From Caldisericia bacterium (GTDB lineage Bacteria; Caldisericota; Caldisericia; JAAYUI01): DNA of 64,000 bases. Numbering within the stretch: position 1 is the first letter of the stretch; each line of letters starts with the position of its first letter. Made by a program: the position numbers and the translations under genes. The stretch is taken from contig OY771555.1 of NCBI GenBank assembly GCA_963674785.1, forward strand, positions 1,920,001 to 1,984,000, read 5' to 3'. Shown piece after piece: positions 12,000 through 21,083 of this stretch. The notes under the pieces were generated by a model, which was given only the letters and a program-made list of their open reading frames with translations, ran no database searches and was not told where the DNA came from.

Positions 12000-12074
12000 T
12001 GGAGCGGGAGACGGGATTCGAACCCGCGACCCCGACCATGGCAAGGTCGTGCTCTACCACTGAGCTACTCCCGC
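12000..12074 (-). tRNA. tRNA-Gly(GCC)
   Basis: Reverse complement GCGGGAGTAGCTCAGTGGTAGAGC...CTTGCCAT...GGTTCGAATCCCGTCTCCCGCTCCA; encoded CCA. Confidence 0.97.
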
Positions 12075-12091
12075 ATTCCTAAGGTTATGCA

Positions 12092-12178
12092 TGGTACGAA
12101 GGGCGGGACTTGAACCCGCACGAGCTTAAGCTCACTGGATCCTAAATCCAACGCGTCTACCAATTCCGCCACCCTCGC
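12092..12178 (-). tRNA. tRNA-Leu(TAG)
   Basis: GCGAGGGTGGCGGAATTGGTAGACGCG...TTTAGGA, long variable arm, GGTTCAAGTCC...ACCA. Confidence 0.96.
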
Positions 12179-12227
12179 ATCCGATTAATTTTTCAAACTA
12201 CGAAAATCGATTATAAAGAAACTTATT

Positions 12228-13205
12228 TTAACTTTCAAGGGTAACGTCTAAAGATTCTTTACAAACGTTATCCCAAGTCTGATCTGATGACAATAAAAGC
12301 AAATCAGGTCTATAAATGTTCGTTGAAAAACCAAGAGATTCAAAAACCGCAATAGATTTCTTCTTAACCATTGGAACAATTGCTCTGACCAAATTGACGT
12401 TTTTGTTCTTGAACCCAAGTAGTGATCTTTCGATTAATGCTTTTTCGATCCTATCGGTGCTTCTATCCGATATTACACCAACACCCTCTATTCGTCCCAT
12501 CCCTTTATCGCGAATGAGAGCAACAATCATACCGATCATTTCATTACCGATATAGGCCTGATGACAAAGATCAGTATCAAGCTCTCCGCCCGAGAGAAGT
12601 CTGCATTCCTCAAGCCACCTCTGTCTCGGTTCTCGTTCCTGAATATCTCGTTTGGTTTCGTCTTCCCCAAGATCAGATATTGCGATAACCAGAGATGCTT
12701 CGTTGTCGGTATCAACACGCCAATTATCGAGGGAAACTCCGGGGATATGTTTTTCAGGTTCAGGATTGAAATCTGTTATACACATCTCAATCTGTGGGAA
12801 AACCATAAATCCAAATGGCTTAAGGCTTGCTGTAATATAATCTGTATTAAGACATGGCACTTCAATTTGTACAAATTTGAATTGCCCCTGTCTTGAAAGT
12901 AGATTTATAACTGAAAAAACAAGATTCGGGGTAACCTCAAGTCTATCTACTGAAGGTGAGACAACCAACGACGTGATCGTTATCCCCTCGTCAAGGAGGA
13001 TACCTGTTGCATACCCAACCATAGCTGAACCCTTTGTTGCAATAACTACAACATCAGAATTCTTCAATGGCAAGCGGATTTCATCTTGAAGTCTATCAGT
13101 GATTACCTTGGAAAGATCGCCACGCAAAACCTCTCTGCGTGCGTAATCCATCAGTCTTCTTACATTGTCTTTCCAGTGTATATATTTTATATCATTCATT
13201 GTCAT
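12228..13205 (-). CDS. Tandem GNAT-fold protein
   Basis: MVGYATG...ITSLVVSP and MIGMIVA...IEGVGV...AVFESLGF patterns; acetyl-CoA motif A is degenerate. Confidence 0.6.
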   Translation of the reverse strand: MTMNDIKYIHWKDNVRRLMDYARREVLRGDLSKVITDRLQDEIRLPLKNSDVVVIATKGSAMVGYATGILLDEGITITSLVVSPSVDRLEVTPNLVFSVINLLSRQGQFKFVQIEVPCLNTDYITASLKPFGFMVFPQIEMCITDFNPEPEKHIPGVSLDNWRVDTDNEASLVIAISDLGEDETKRDIQEREPRQRWLEECRLLSGGELDTDLCHQAYIGNEMIGMIVALIRDKGMGRIEGVGVISDRSTDRIEKALIERSLLGFKNKNVNLVRAIVPMVKKKSIAVFESLGFSTNIYRPDLLLLSSDQTWDNVCKESLDVTLES

Positions 13206-13215
13206 TAAGTATGAA

Positions 13216-13291
13216 TGGTGGGTTGCAGGGGACTCGAACCCCCAACCGCCTGATTAAGAGTCAGATGCTCTACCGATTGAGCTAACAACCC
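13216..13291 (-). tRNA. tRNA-Lys(CTT)
   Basis: GGGTTGTTAGCTCAATCGGTAGAGCATCTGACTCTTAATCAG...GGTTCGAGTCC...ACCA. Confidence 0.97.
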
Positions 13292-13304
13292 ACTGCTTAA
13301 ATAC

Positions 13305-13381
13305 TGGCGCGCCCAGCAGGAGTCGAACCCGCAACCTACGGATCCGAAGTCCGTCGCTCTATCCAGTTGAGCTATAGGCGC
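13305..13381 (-). tRNA. tRNA-Arg(TCG)
   Basis: GCGCCTATAGCTCAACTGGATAGAGCGACGGACTTCGGATCCGT...GCCA. Confidence 0.95.
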
Positions 13382-13440
13382 ATCATCTTCCCGACACTAA
13401 TTCAGGCACCCAAAAAACTTAAACTAGAAACGTGGTCCCA

Positions 13441-13517
13441 TGGTGAGCCCAGCAGGAGTCGAACCTGCGACCTGCGGTTTAGGAGACCGCCGCTCTATCC
13501 ATCTGAGCTATGGGCCC
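13441..13517 (-). tRNA. tRNA-Arg(CCT)
   Basis: GGGCCCATAGCTCAGATGGATAGAGCGGCGGTCTCCTAAACCGC...ACCA. Confidence 0.96.
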
Positions 13518-13532
13518 ATAAGTTAGAGTAAG

Positions 13533-13609
<77 letters not shown>

Positions 13610-13617
13610 AAACAAAA

Positions 13618-13694
<77 letters not shown>

Positions 13695-13765
13695 ACAAAC
13701 TTTTTCAAGGTTCTGACTAAGGCTTAAGGTCAAACCCCAAGCCGTCATAACCACCAGACTGAAAC

Positions 13766-13793
13766 AGTGTAAGGAATCAAAAACAAATTACAA
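13766..13793 (-). promoter_or_regulatory. Sigma70-type promoter for the tRNA cluster
   Basis: TTGTAA-16 nt-TACACT on the minus strand, ~70 nt upstream of tRNA-Pro. Confidence 0.55.
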
Positions 13794-13804
13794 GGATATT
13801 TTTT

Positions 13805-14542
13805 TCACAATCCTAAAGCTTGTTTTATTAGTCGTTCAATCTCGGTCAAACCAGGACTTCCGCTCGACAACATCCCTGTATGCTCTTTTAATATTTTACC
13901 TTGTGAGTCGACTAAAGTAAAATTTGGAATTCCATCTTGAACAAACTTACCACCAACAGCGTATCCTTGTGAATCCCAAAGGATTGGATATGGGATACCA
14001 TGTTCTTCTGAATAGTCCTTTGCACTAGGGACATTTGATGATGTATCGATATTTATTCCTATTACAACAAGACCCTTATCTGCGTACTTATTATGAAGAT
14101 CAATAAGAGTAGGCGTCGAACCTTTACACGGAGGACACCATTCTGCCCAGACATCAATAAGATAAACCTTGCCACCAAAATTTCCAAAATTCTGGGTAGC
14201 ACCATTATGTGTCCAATTCAATTTGGTGGAGCTGCCCATTCTCTCAGCGCTCGAAACAGCTGCAAAAAATGGAGTATCAGACTGAATTGATGCGGGTTTC
14301 TGCTCAACAGGTTCCGAGATAATTTCCTCTTTTTTCTCTTCGACAATCTTATCTTCTACAGACTCATCAACCTCTTCTGTTTTTGGGGGTTGTTCTTTTA
14401 CAACCTCTACTTTTTTCTCAATTTCAGATGCAGGAATATCTCCCAGATTTACCTCACGCTGAACAACTGAACCACATGATGCAAAAATAGCTACACCAAA
14501 AACCAAAACCAATACTAATAGCAATGAATATGCTTTTCTCAT
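13805..14542 (-). CDS. TlpA/ResA-family thiol-disulfide oxidoreductase lipoprotein
   Basis: Lipobox FASC, acidic linker, WAEWCPPC, GIPNFTLVD. Confidence 0.88.
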   Translation of the reverse strand: MRKAYSLLLVLVLVFGVAIFASCGSVVQREVNLGDIPASEIEKKVEVVKEQPPKTEEVDESVEDKIVEEKKEEIISEPVEQKPASIQSDTPFFAAVSSAERMGSSTKLNWTHNGATQNFGNFGGKVYLIDVWAEWCPPCKGSTPTLIDLHNKYADKGLVVIGINIDTSSNVPSAKDYSEEHGIPYPILWDSQGYAVGGKFVQDGIPNFTLVDSQGKILKEHTGMLSSGSPGLTEIERLIKQALGL

Positions 14543-15789
14543 TTTTTCACCTCAATAGTTTTATCTTTATCGTTAAACTCAACCTCTGCGCCCAGAATCT
14601 CACTTACAAACCGTAATGGCACCATCGTAACACCATTACAATATATCCTTGGTGGGACTGAGGAGGGTAGAGTTTTTATTTTTCCATCTACAACCGCAAA
14701 AGATTGATCAATCTTCAAGAGAACAATTGAATTGTCTATATTTATCAAAATCGTTTTTGTATCACCATCCCAGGAAACCTTTCCATCAAGATTTTCAACG
14801 ATCTCTCTTACCGGCACAAGCGATCTATCGTTTTCAATCTTTACAGGACACCTCAACTTTTGACCTTCTCCATTTACATAAAACACATAACTCCCGACTG
14901 TAAACCGCAAAATCTTTTTGTTTTCGGGAGAAAGAACTGATTCAACGGTTTTTATTAGATTTCCATCATAGTCATAAGCGTTTAGTGTTCCATTTCCCGA
15001 ACAATCTGCAACAATCACCCAATTTTTGTAAATATTTACAGAAATATCAGTCGCATTTTTGAAGTTCCCAAAGGAATTGATCTTGTTTCCATCTTTGTCA
15101 AAAACGACGATTTGTGATCCATCAAGAATGTAGTATTTATCTTCGTACTTTGACGCATCAATTGCTATCGGATTTTTCAAGATATTTTCACCAAATGACC
15201 TTTGAAAGTTTCCAGATGGAGAAAAAACCTTTACAACACCACCATCAATCACAAATAAGGTTTTGTTTGGGGCATAGTAGGTAGAAACAGGATTTTTGAG
15301 GCCAGTTATTTCGCGATGAAACTCTCCAAAATCATCAATAATGACAACCTTACCAAGTGACCCATCAGTGATTGCTACCCAGTAATCTTCCTCAGAACGA
15401 AGATATTTTATATCAGTTGGGTTTTTGACCATCCCTTCAGTAGAACCAACACCCGCAAGCTCCCTATGATAAATATATTCCCAATTCTCGTCAATTTCAT
15501 ACATTTGAGTTTTGCCGTTTGTCGATGAAGAAAAAGATAACTCGCCAGCACACCAGCAAACTGTGAATGAATCAGGGTCAGTCATCTTGTATGATGTTTT
15601 TGACATTGTGTTTTCAAGAAAATTTAGATTGTCATCAAACTTATGGACATCACCATTTTGTGGGTTCAGGACAAATAGATTTCCATATGCGTCAGTTGAT
15701 ATATCTATGCATGGAGATTCAGTACCCCCCACGGGTATTGCAAAAACAATCATCATCAATACTAATGTTATTGAAACAAGATTCTTCAT
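14539..15789 (-). CDS. Secreted NHL/6-bladed beta-propeller protein with C-terminal stalk (Cu amine oxidase N-terminal-like) domain
   Basis: Signal peptide MKNLVSITLVLMM, NHL-like KNPTDI/KNPIAID repeats, RSLVPVREIVE and TMVPLRFVSE. Confidence 0.8.
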   Translation of the reverse strand: MKNLVSITLVLMMIVFAIPVGGTESPCIDISTDAYGNLFVLNPQNGDVHKFDDNLNFLENTMSKTSYKMTDPDSFTVCWCAGELSFSSSTNGKTQMYEIDENWEYIYHRELAGVGSTEGMVKNPTDIKYLRSEEDYWVAITDGSLGKVVIIDDFGEFHREITGLKNPVSTYYAPNKTLFVIDGGVVKVFSPSGNFQRSFGENILKNPIAIDASKYEDKYYILDGSQIVVFDKDGNKINSFGNFKNATDISVNIYKNWVIVADCSGNGTLNAYDYDGNLIKTVESVLSPENKKILRFTVGSYVFYVNGEGQKLRCPVKIENDRSLVPVREIVENLDGKVSWDGDTKTILINIDNSIVLLKIDQSFAVVDGKIKTLPSSVPPRIYCNGVTMVPLRFVSEILGAEVEFNDKDKTIEVKK

Positions 15790-15796
15790 GTATCGC

Positions 15797-15825
15797 ATTA
15801 TATTGATCCAAAATTTTTTTGTCAA
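15797..15825 (-). promoter_or_regulatory. Consensus sigma70 promoter (leaderless geometry)
   Basis: TTGACA-17 nt-TATAAT, then 7 nt to ATG 15789. Confidence 0.8.
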
Positions 15826-15849
15826 GACCCAGAAAAGAAAATACATAAT

Positions 15850-15878
15850 AAAAAAGCCCCCAGATTTTTCTGGGGGCT
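15850..15878 (-). terminator. Rho-independent terminator after argF
   Basis: GCCCCCAGA-loop-TCTGGGGGC followed by a T-run on the minus strand. Confidence 0.85.
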
Positions 15879-15903
15879 GGAATTCAAAATTAGCTTTGTT
15901 TTA

Positions 15904-16839
15904 CTACATTACAAGAGCAAGGATTGCTTTTTGTACGTGTAGTCTGTTTTCAGCTTCATCAAAGATTACAGAATATGGAGCATCAGCAACCTCATCTGTT
16001 ACCTCTTCACCACGGTGTGCTGGAAGGCAGTGCATGAAAATTGCGCCTTCACATTTTTTCATGAGCTCAGCATTGACCTGGAATGGCATCATCTCTTTGA
16101 CGCGTTTTGCGTGCTCTTCTTCCTGACCCATTGATGCCCAGACATCTGTGTAGATAACATCTGCATCAACAACAGCCTCAGAAGGATTGTGAGAAACAGT
16201 AAGCTCCGCACCGGAAATCTCTGCATCTGCCTGTGCATTCTTCATAACTTCTGCATCTGGAAGATAAGCCTCTGGTGTACAAACTGTAAAATCCATACCG
16301 ACTTTTGCACAACCATAAAGGAGGCTATGTGCCATATTGTTAGACCCGTCACCCATGTAGACCATCTTGAGACCAGCAAGCCCACCAAGTTTTTCTGTGA
16401 CTGTGAAAAGGTCAGTTAAAACCTGGCATGGATGCGTAAGGTCAGAGAGTCCATTGATTACTGGAACTGAACCATATTTTGCCATCTGAACAAGTTTGTC
16501 ATGTTCAAAAACTCTGGCTTCGATTCCATGGACATATCTTGAGAGAACTCTTGCAGTATCAGCAATAGTTTCTCCTCTACCAATCTGCATATCTTTTGAT
16601 GAAAGATAGATTGGATGTCCGCCAAGCTCGTGGATTGCAAGCTCAAATGAGAGTCTTGTTCTTGTTGAGGCTTTTTCAAAAATCATGGCAAGTGATTTTC
16701 CAGCAAGGATTGGATTAATAATCTTTCCTGAAAGTCTCTCAAGTTTGAGAGTATGAGCCATATCAAAAATCTGGTCAATCTCTTCAATTGAGAGTTCATG
16801 AATTGTCAATACCGATCGACCCTTCATGTTTACTGCCAT
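15904..16839 (-). CDS. argF: Ornithine carbamoyltransferase
   Basis: STRTR, HPCQ, DVWASMGQE, FMHCLP, AENRLH. Start placed at MAVNMK. Confidence 0.97.
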   Translation of the reverse strand: MAVNMKGRSVLTIHELSIEEIDQIFDMAHTLKLERLSGKIINPILAGKSLAMIFEKASTRTRLSFELAIHELGGHPIYLSSKDMQIGRGETIADTARVLSRYVHGIEARVFEHDKLVQMAKYGSVPVINGLSDLTHPCQVLTDLFTVTEKLGGLAGLKMVYMGDGSNNMAHSLLYGCAKVGMDFTVCTPEAYLPDAEVMKNAQADAEISGAELTVSHNPSEAVVDADVIYTDVWASMGQEEEHAKRVKEMMPFQVNAELMKKCEGAIFMHCLPAHRGEEVTDEVADAPYSVIFDEAENRLHVQKAILALVM

Positions 16840-16840
16840 A

Positions 16841-18157
16841 TTATTTGAGCCTCTCTTTGATGATCTCTTCGATTGTTGGGATTCCAACAACGTCGAGTTC
16901 ATACCTTACTCTGTAGATTGGTTTTGAGACTTTGAGAACTCTTGTAATGTCAATAGGTGTACCTGAGACAATAACATCTGCTGGGACAGCTTCGATTGTC
17001 TTTTTGAGATCATCAATCTGCTCTGGTGAGTAACCCATTGCTGGAAGAACTTCTTCTACCTGAGTGTATTTGTCGAATGTATCTTTGATTGAGCCAACTG
17101 CATATGGTTTTGGAGAGATAATCTCTGCAGCTCCAGCTTTTTTTGCAGCAACGTATCCTGCACCAAACTGCATTTCACCATGTGTGAGTGTTGGACCATC
17201 TTCAAGAACGAGAACTTTTTTACCTCTGATTGCTGATGGATCATCAAGGAAAACTGGTGATGCTGCATCAACAATTGTGATGTTTGGGTTTGTTGCATAG
17301 GCATTCTGTCTGACATAATCAACATCTTCTGGATATGCTGTATCGATTTTGTTGATGACACCGACTGATGCGATATGAACATTGCATTCGCCTGGGTAAT
17401 AAAGGGTCTCATGTCCTGGTCTAAGTGGATCAAGAACAACAAGTGGGATATCAGCTTTGATGAATGGGAAATCGTTGTTTCCACCATCCCAGATGATTAC
17501 ATCAGCTTCTTTTTCTGCTTCTCTAAGAATCTTTTCGTAATCAACACCAGAGTAGATCACTGCACCAAGATCGATGTGTGGTTCATACTCTTCTCTTTCC
17601 TCAATTGTACATTCGTGTTTATCAAGGTCTGAGTAGTCTGCAAATCTCTGAACTGCCTGTTTTGCAAGATCTCCATATGGCATTGGGTGTCTGATTGATA
17701 CTACCTTCTTACCCATACCTCTGAGAATCTCAACAACATGTCTTGTTGTCTGTGATTTTCCACAACCTGTTCTTACTGCACAGATTGAAATAACAGGTTT
17801 CGTGGATTTAAGAGCAGTCTTCTGGTAACTTGGAAGTACAAAGTTTGCACCGTGAGCATTAACGATTGATGATTTGTGCATAACTTCTGTGTGTGGCTGA
17901 TCTGAATAAGAGAAGAGGACATCGTCTGCATCATATTTTTCAATAAGTTCAACGAGTTCTGATTCGTCAAAAATAGGAACACCCTGTGGATAAAGGCTTC
18001 CTGCAAGTTCTGCTGGATATTTTCTGCCAGCAATGTCTGGAATCTGAGTTGCTGTGAATGCAACTACTTCGTAATCATCGTTGTCTCTGTAGAGCATGTT
18101 GAAATTGTGGAAATCACGCCCTGCTGCGCCCATAATAATTACTTTTCTCTTAGCCAT
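16841..18157 (-). CDS. Probable arginine synthetase (ArcE; family often annotated cyclic 2,3-diphosphoglycerate synthase / GTPase)
   Basis: MGAAGRDFHNFN, AVRTGCGKSQT, IRHPMPYG, TIEEREEYE, WDGGNND, EDGPTLTHG; immediately upstream of OTC. Confidence 0.8.
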   Translation of the reverse strand: MAKRKVIIMGAAGRDFHNFNMLYRDNDDYEVVAFTATQIPDIAGRKYPAELAGSLYPQGVPIFDESELVELIEKYDADDVLFSYSDQPHTEVMHKSSIVNAHGANFVLPSYQKTALKSTKPVISICAVRTGCGKSQTTRHVVEILRGMGKKVVSIRHPMPYGDLAKQAVQRFADYSDLDKHECTIEEREEYEPHIDLGAVIYSGVDYEKILREAEKEADVIIWDGGNNDFPFIKADIPLVVLDPLRPGHETLYYPGECNVHIASVGVINKIDTAYPEDVDYVRQNAYATNPNITIVDAASPVFLDDPSAIRGKKVLVLEDGPTLTHGEMQFGAGYVAAKKAGAAEIISPKPYAVGSIKDTFDKYTQVEEVLPAMGYSPEQIDDLKKTIEAVPADVIVSGTPIDITRVLKVSKPIYRVRYELDVVGIPTIEEIIKERLK

Positions 18158-18474
18158 TATGCCTCCATGTTAATTGAATTTATCTTTAGTTCGGTATGTT
18201 CCTGTCTGTGTCCTTTTCTTCTTCTGTATGTGGTTTTGTGTCTATAGAAGAAGATTATCTGCTTTTTATTCTTACCATGTCTGAGAATCTCAGCAGTTAC
18301 CTTTGCACCCGTCACAAAAGGTGCACCAGCTTTTATTTCACCATTATTCTCAATGAGAGTAATTTCATTAAACTCATGTGTGTTTCCTGGTTCAACATCA
18401 AGCTTTTCGACCTTGATTACGTCATTCTCTTTAACTTTATACTGCTTACCGCCAGTCTTTATAACAGCGTACAT
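18157..18474 (-). CDS. rplU: 50S ribosomal protein L21
   Basis: MYAVIKTGGKQYKV...KGHRQ. Confidence 0.98.
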   Translation of the reverse strand: MYAVIKTGGKQYKVKENDVIKVEKLDVEPGNTHEFNEITLIENNGEIKAGAPFVTGAKVTAEILRHGKNKKQIIFFYRHKTTYRRRKGHRQEHTELKINSINMEA

Positions 18475-18507
18475 AGTACTCCTCCGTCATTAATTGCTAT
18501 CCTGTCC

Positions 18508-18535
18508 AGATTAGGATTAGTAAGGGTATTGTCAA
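18508..18535 (-). promoter_or_regulatory. Promoter for the rplU operon
   Basis: TTGACA-16 nt-TAATCT, with a GGAGGAG SD before rplU. Confidence 0.6.
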
Positions 18536-18550
18536 TAAAAATCTAGCTTT

Positions 18551-21022
18551 TTAATAATCTAAATCAAGAGGTCTTTGTCCCCAACAATACAAATATGAAT
18601 CATTTCCACCAAGAAAGATTGTTATAAATCCAGTGTCAAAAACACTCAGAGAGGATGAAACAACAGTATCAATAGTTGTCTTCCAGATAATCTTTCCCGT
18701 CTCAGGTTCAAGGAATGAAACCAATCCATTAGTGGAAACGACAAAAACTCCATTCATCTTTCCATCATAATGGGTAATCACTGGAGCAGAGGCTAATTCT
18801 TTATCTAGTGTCAATGACCACAACTCTTTTTCGATATAACTTGAGATCGCACCAGGTTTGCCTTCAAAGAATATTCTTTTTGATACCGGATCAAACGCTG
18901 GAGAATAAAGTGTTTTATGGTATGTACTTTCAGCATAAATGAGCTGAGGTTTTCTCCCCCACCCATTGAAAGAAATACTGTACAACGTCCCGTCATTCGA
19001 TGCACATATACATGTAGAAGAGTTGGCAATAATCGACCCCTTCATCGGAGAATCAGTCTCAAATCGAGAGATAATTTCCGATGTCAAAGGATCTATACAG
19101 ATTAAATAGTTGCTAGATAACCCAACATACAGATATTTCTTAACCGTTTCCTGATCAGATGATCTCAAAAGTGGGTTTTCGTCAACAGATACTGAACCCT
19201 TTACCCATCCGTCAAGCGGGATTGACCATTTCAGATTTGGTTTGCTTCCCCTCACACCATAAAGATGTAGCATTTTATCCATGGAACTGAAAACTACCAT
19301 TGGATAGTGATCATTTTCGCTTAAGTAAACTGTCGGAGATGACTCGATTGAACCGCTTTTTTGTTCTGACCATATTTCTTCACCGAGATCAGTTGAAATT
19401 GCATAAAACTTTCCAGAACAAGTGCCAATAAATAAACGATCTTTGTATATTGCCGGGGAGGCTTTTATTGCTCCATCTAGCTTCAATTCCCAAACGATCT
19501 CACCAGAAAACGCAGAATATTTATAGAGTTTTCCAGTACTTGTTCCAATATATCCAAAACCTCTTCTATCAAAACTTGGTGAGGAGGTTATTGATCCATC
19601 AAGTTTTATCTTCCACTGCAAATCGAATCTAAACTGGTTTGGATTTCTTATTTCAGATCTAACGAATCCATTTTTATTTTCATTTCCGTGTGCCTGAGTC
19701 CAAACTACGGTATCTTTAAATCCACCAGAGAAAGTCGATTTTTTTTCAGAAAACTCGATCAAATCTGCACACCAGATACTTCCAGATTCTGATTCTTGCC
19801 CCTCAATATTTTCCCATACCACATAATTATCATAAATCTTTGGATTCTTTTGATCACCAAATGCTTTCATCAAATCAAATGTCTCTTTAGTGCTGATTTG
19901 ATAGGCAACCAAATCAATCCCAAATTCAACACTCGAGTGATCCTCCCATATTATCCAATCTTTACCTATAACCGCATTCCGATAATCACCTGGTTCTTCA
20001 CATATCACAATTCTCGAATCAGCAACAGCATCATAGAGGTGAATTGTACATTCATTTGAAGCATTCATACCAGATGTATCTTGATACCACAAGGCATATC
20101 GATCAGCACCAACTGTTAACCCATACTCTCTCTGAGGGTCAGTTGAAACGAAAAGCTCTTTGTGTTTAGAAATCGAATATGCAAAGATGTCGGTTGGTTG
20201 TTCAAGACCAAAGACAGGTGCATATCTAGCATCTTCCCATATAACAACATCCCCAATAACTTTTGGATTGAACTGATCTCCCGACTCAATACAAATAGGA
20301 ATCTCCTTGCCACTTGAAAGAATATTTAAATAAATATCCCTATCAGAAGCATCTTCTCTCTTTATAGACATCGCCGCATATCTGCCAAAAAGCTCAGCTG
20401 TACCAGGAGTATCATGAGGTTTAACAACAAACTCTTCATTCTTCTCAACTGAAGAGCCAAAAATAGCAAAATCCCAAATATCCGTGGAACCTCTCTGTGT
20501 ATCCCTCATATCCTTCCAAATGATAAATTCCTTTGATATCTGTGGATTATTCTGCATACGTTTGTTTTTTGTGATACTTGTGATTTGTCCAGTATCATAA
20601 TCGAACATCTTGATATCGAAATTATCATCCCTCAATCGATCAGTATTTTCTGCCCAAACCACCTTATTCTTATACTGTGTTCTGGCACCCGATTTCTTTG
20701 CGAAAGACATCGCAAATTTCTCTTCGTCAGAATTGATATGTTTCATGTATATTCGCGGAAAGATCCGACCTTCATTATCATTCAACCTTGAATCAACCCA
20801 GGTAACATAATTTCCATGGATAATTGGAAGGTTTTGGATATGCTCTTCATCTACAAAAATCTTAGGGTTAAAATCAGAAATATAACTTTTACTCAGTTCC
20901 CTTGCAAAAGAACTTGTAACATAGAAACTCCCAGATATAGCAATAGTCATCGAAAAAACCAGCAAGCAAACTGCCACTCTAGATAATCTTTTTACAATAT
21001 CTGACCTGTTATAACGACACAC
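18551..21022 (-). CDS. Secreted double beta-propeller protein (TolB-like repeats plus PQQ-like repeats)
   Basis: Signal peptide; repeats like DQFNPKVIGDVVIWED; C-terminal SSP...G..Y...TGE..W PQQ-like repeats. Confidence 0.75.
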   Translation of the reverse strand: MCRYNRSDIVKRLSRVAVCLLVFSMTIAISGSFYVTSSFARELSKSYISDFNPKIFVDEEHIQNLPIIHGNYVTWVDSRLNDNEGRIFPRIYMKHINSDEEKFAMSFAKKSGARTQYKNKVVWAENTDRLRDDNFDIKMFDYDTGQITSITKNKRMQNNPQISKEFIIWKDMRDTQRGSTDIWDFAIFGSSVEKNEEFVVKPHDTPGTAELFGRYAAMSIKREDASDRDIYLNILSSGKEIPICIESGDQFNPKVIGDVVIWEDARYAPVFGLEQPTDIFAYSISKHKELFVSTDPQREYGLTVGADRYALWYQDTSGMNASNECTIHLYDAVADSRIVICEEPGDYRNAVIGKDWIIWEDHSSVEFGIDLVAYQISTKETFDLMKAFGDQKNPKIYDNYVVWENIEGQESESGSIWCADLIEFSEKKSTFSGGFKDTVVWTQAHGNENKNGFVRSEIRNPNQFRFDLQWKIKLDGSITSSPSFDRRGFGYIGTSTGKLYKYSAFSGEIVWELKLDGAIKASPAIYKDRLFIGTCSGKFYAISTDLGEEIWSEQKSGSIESSPTVYLSENDHYPMVVFSSMDKMLHLYGVRGSKPNLKWSIPLDGWVKGSVSVDENPLLRSSDQETVKKYLYVGLSSNYLICIDPLTSEIISRFETDSPMKGSIIANSSTCICASNDGTLYSISFNGWGRKPQLIYAESTYHKTLYSPAFDPVSKRIFFEGKPGAISSYIEKELWSLTLDKELASAPVITHYDGKMNGVFVVSTNGLVSFLEPETGKIIWKTTIDTVVSSSLSVFDTGFITIFLGGNDSYLYCWGQRPLDLDY

Positions 21023-21083
21023 CTTATGGTCAACTATATACAGTTGTCAGAATTTTTCAATGCCAAAAGAACTCATTTTAGAA

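Noticed and set aside
11998-12060. N-terminal extension of trigger factor in the ORF track
   Set aside because: It is the translated tRNA-Gly sequence.
15512-16126. 204-aa plus-strand ORF and the many other short antisense or nested ORFs
   Set aside because: They overlap well-supported genes, cross promoters or terminators, and show no recognisable motifs.
16841-18157. Annotation as cyclic 2,3-diphosphoglycerate synthase
   Set aside because: No 2-phosphoglycerate kinase nearby; tight linkage to OTC and the GAAGRDFHNFN N-terminus favour arginine synthetase.
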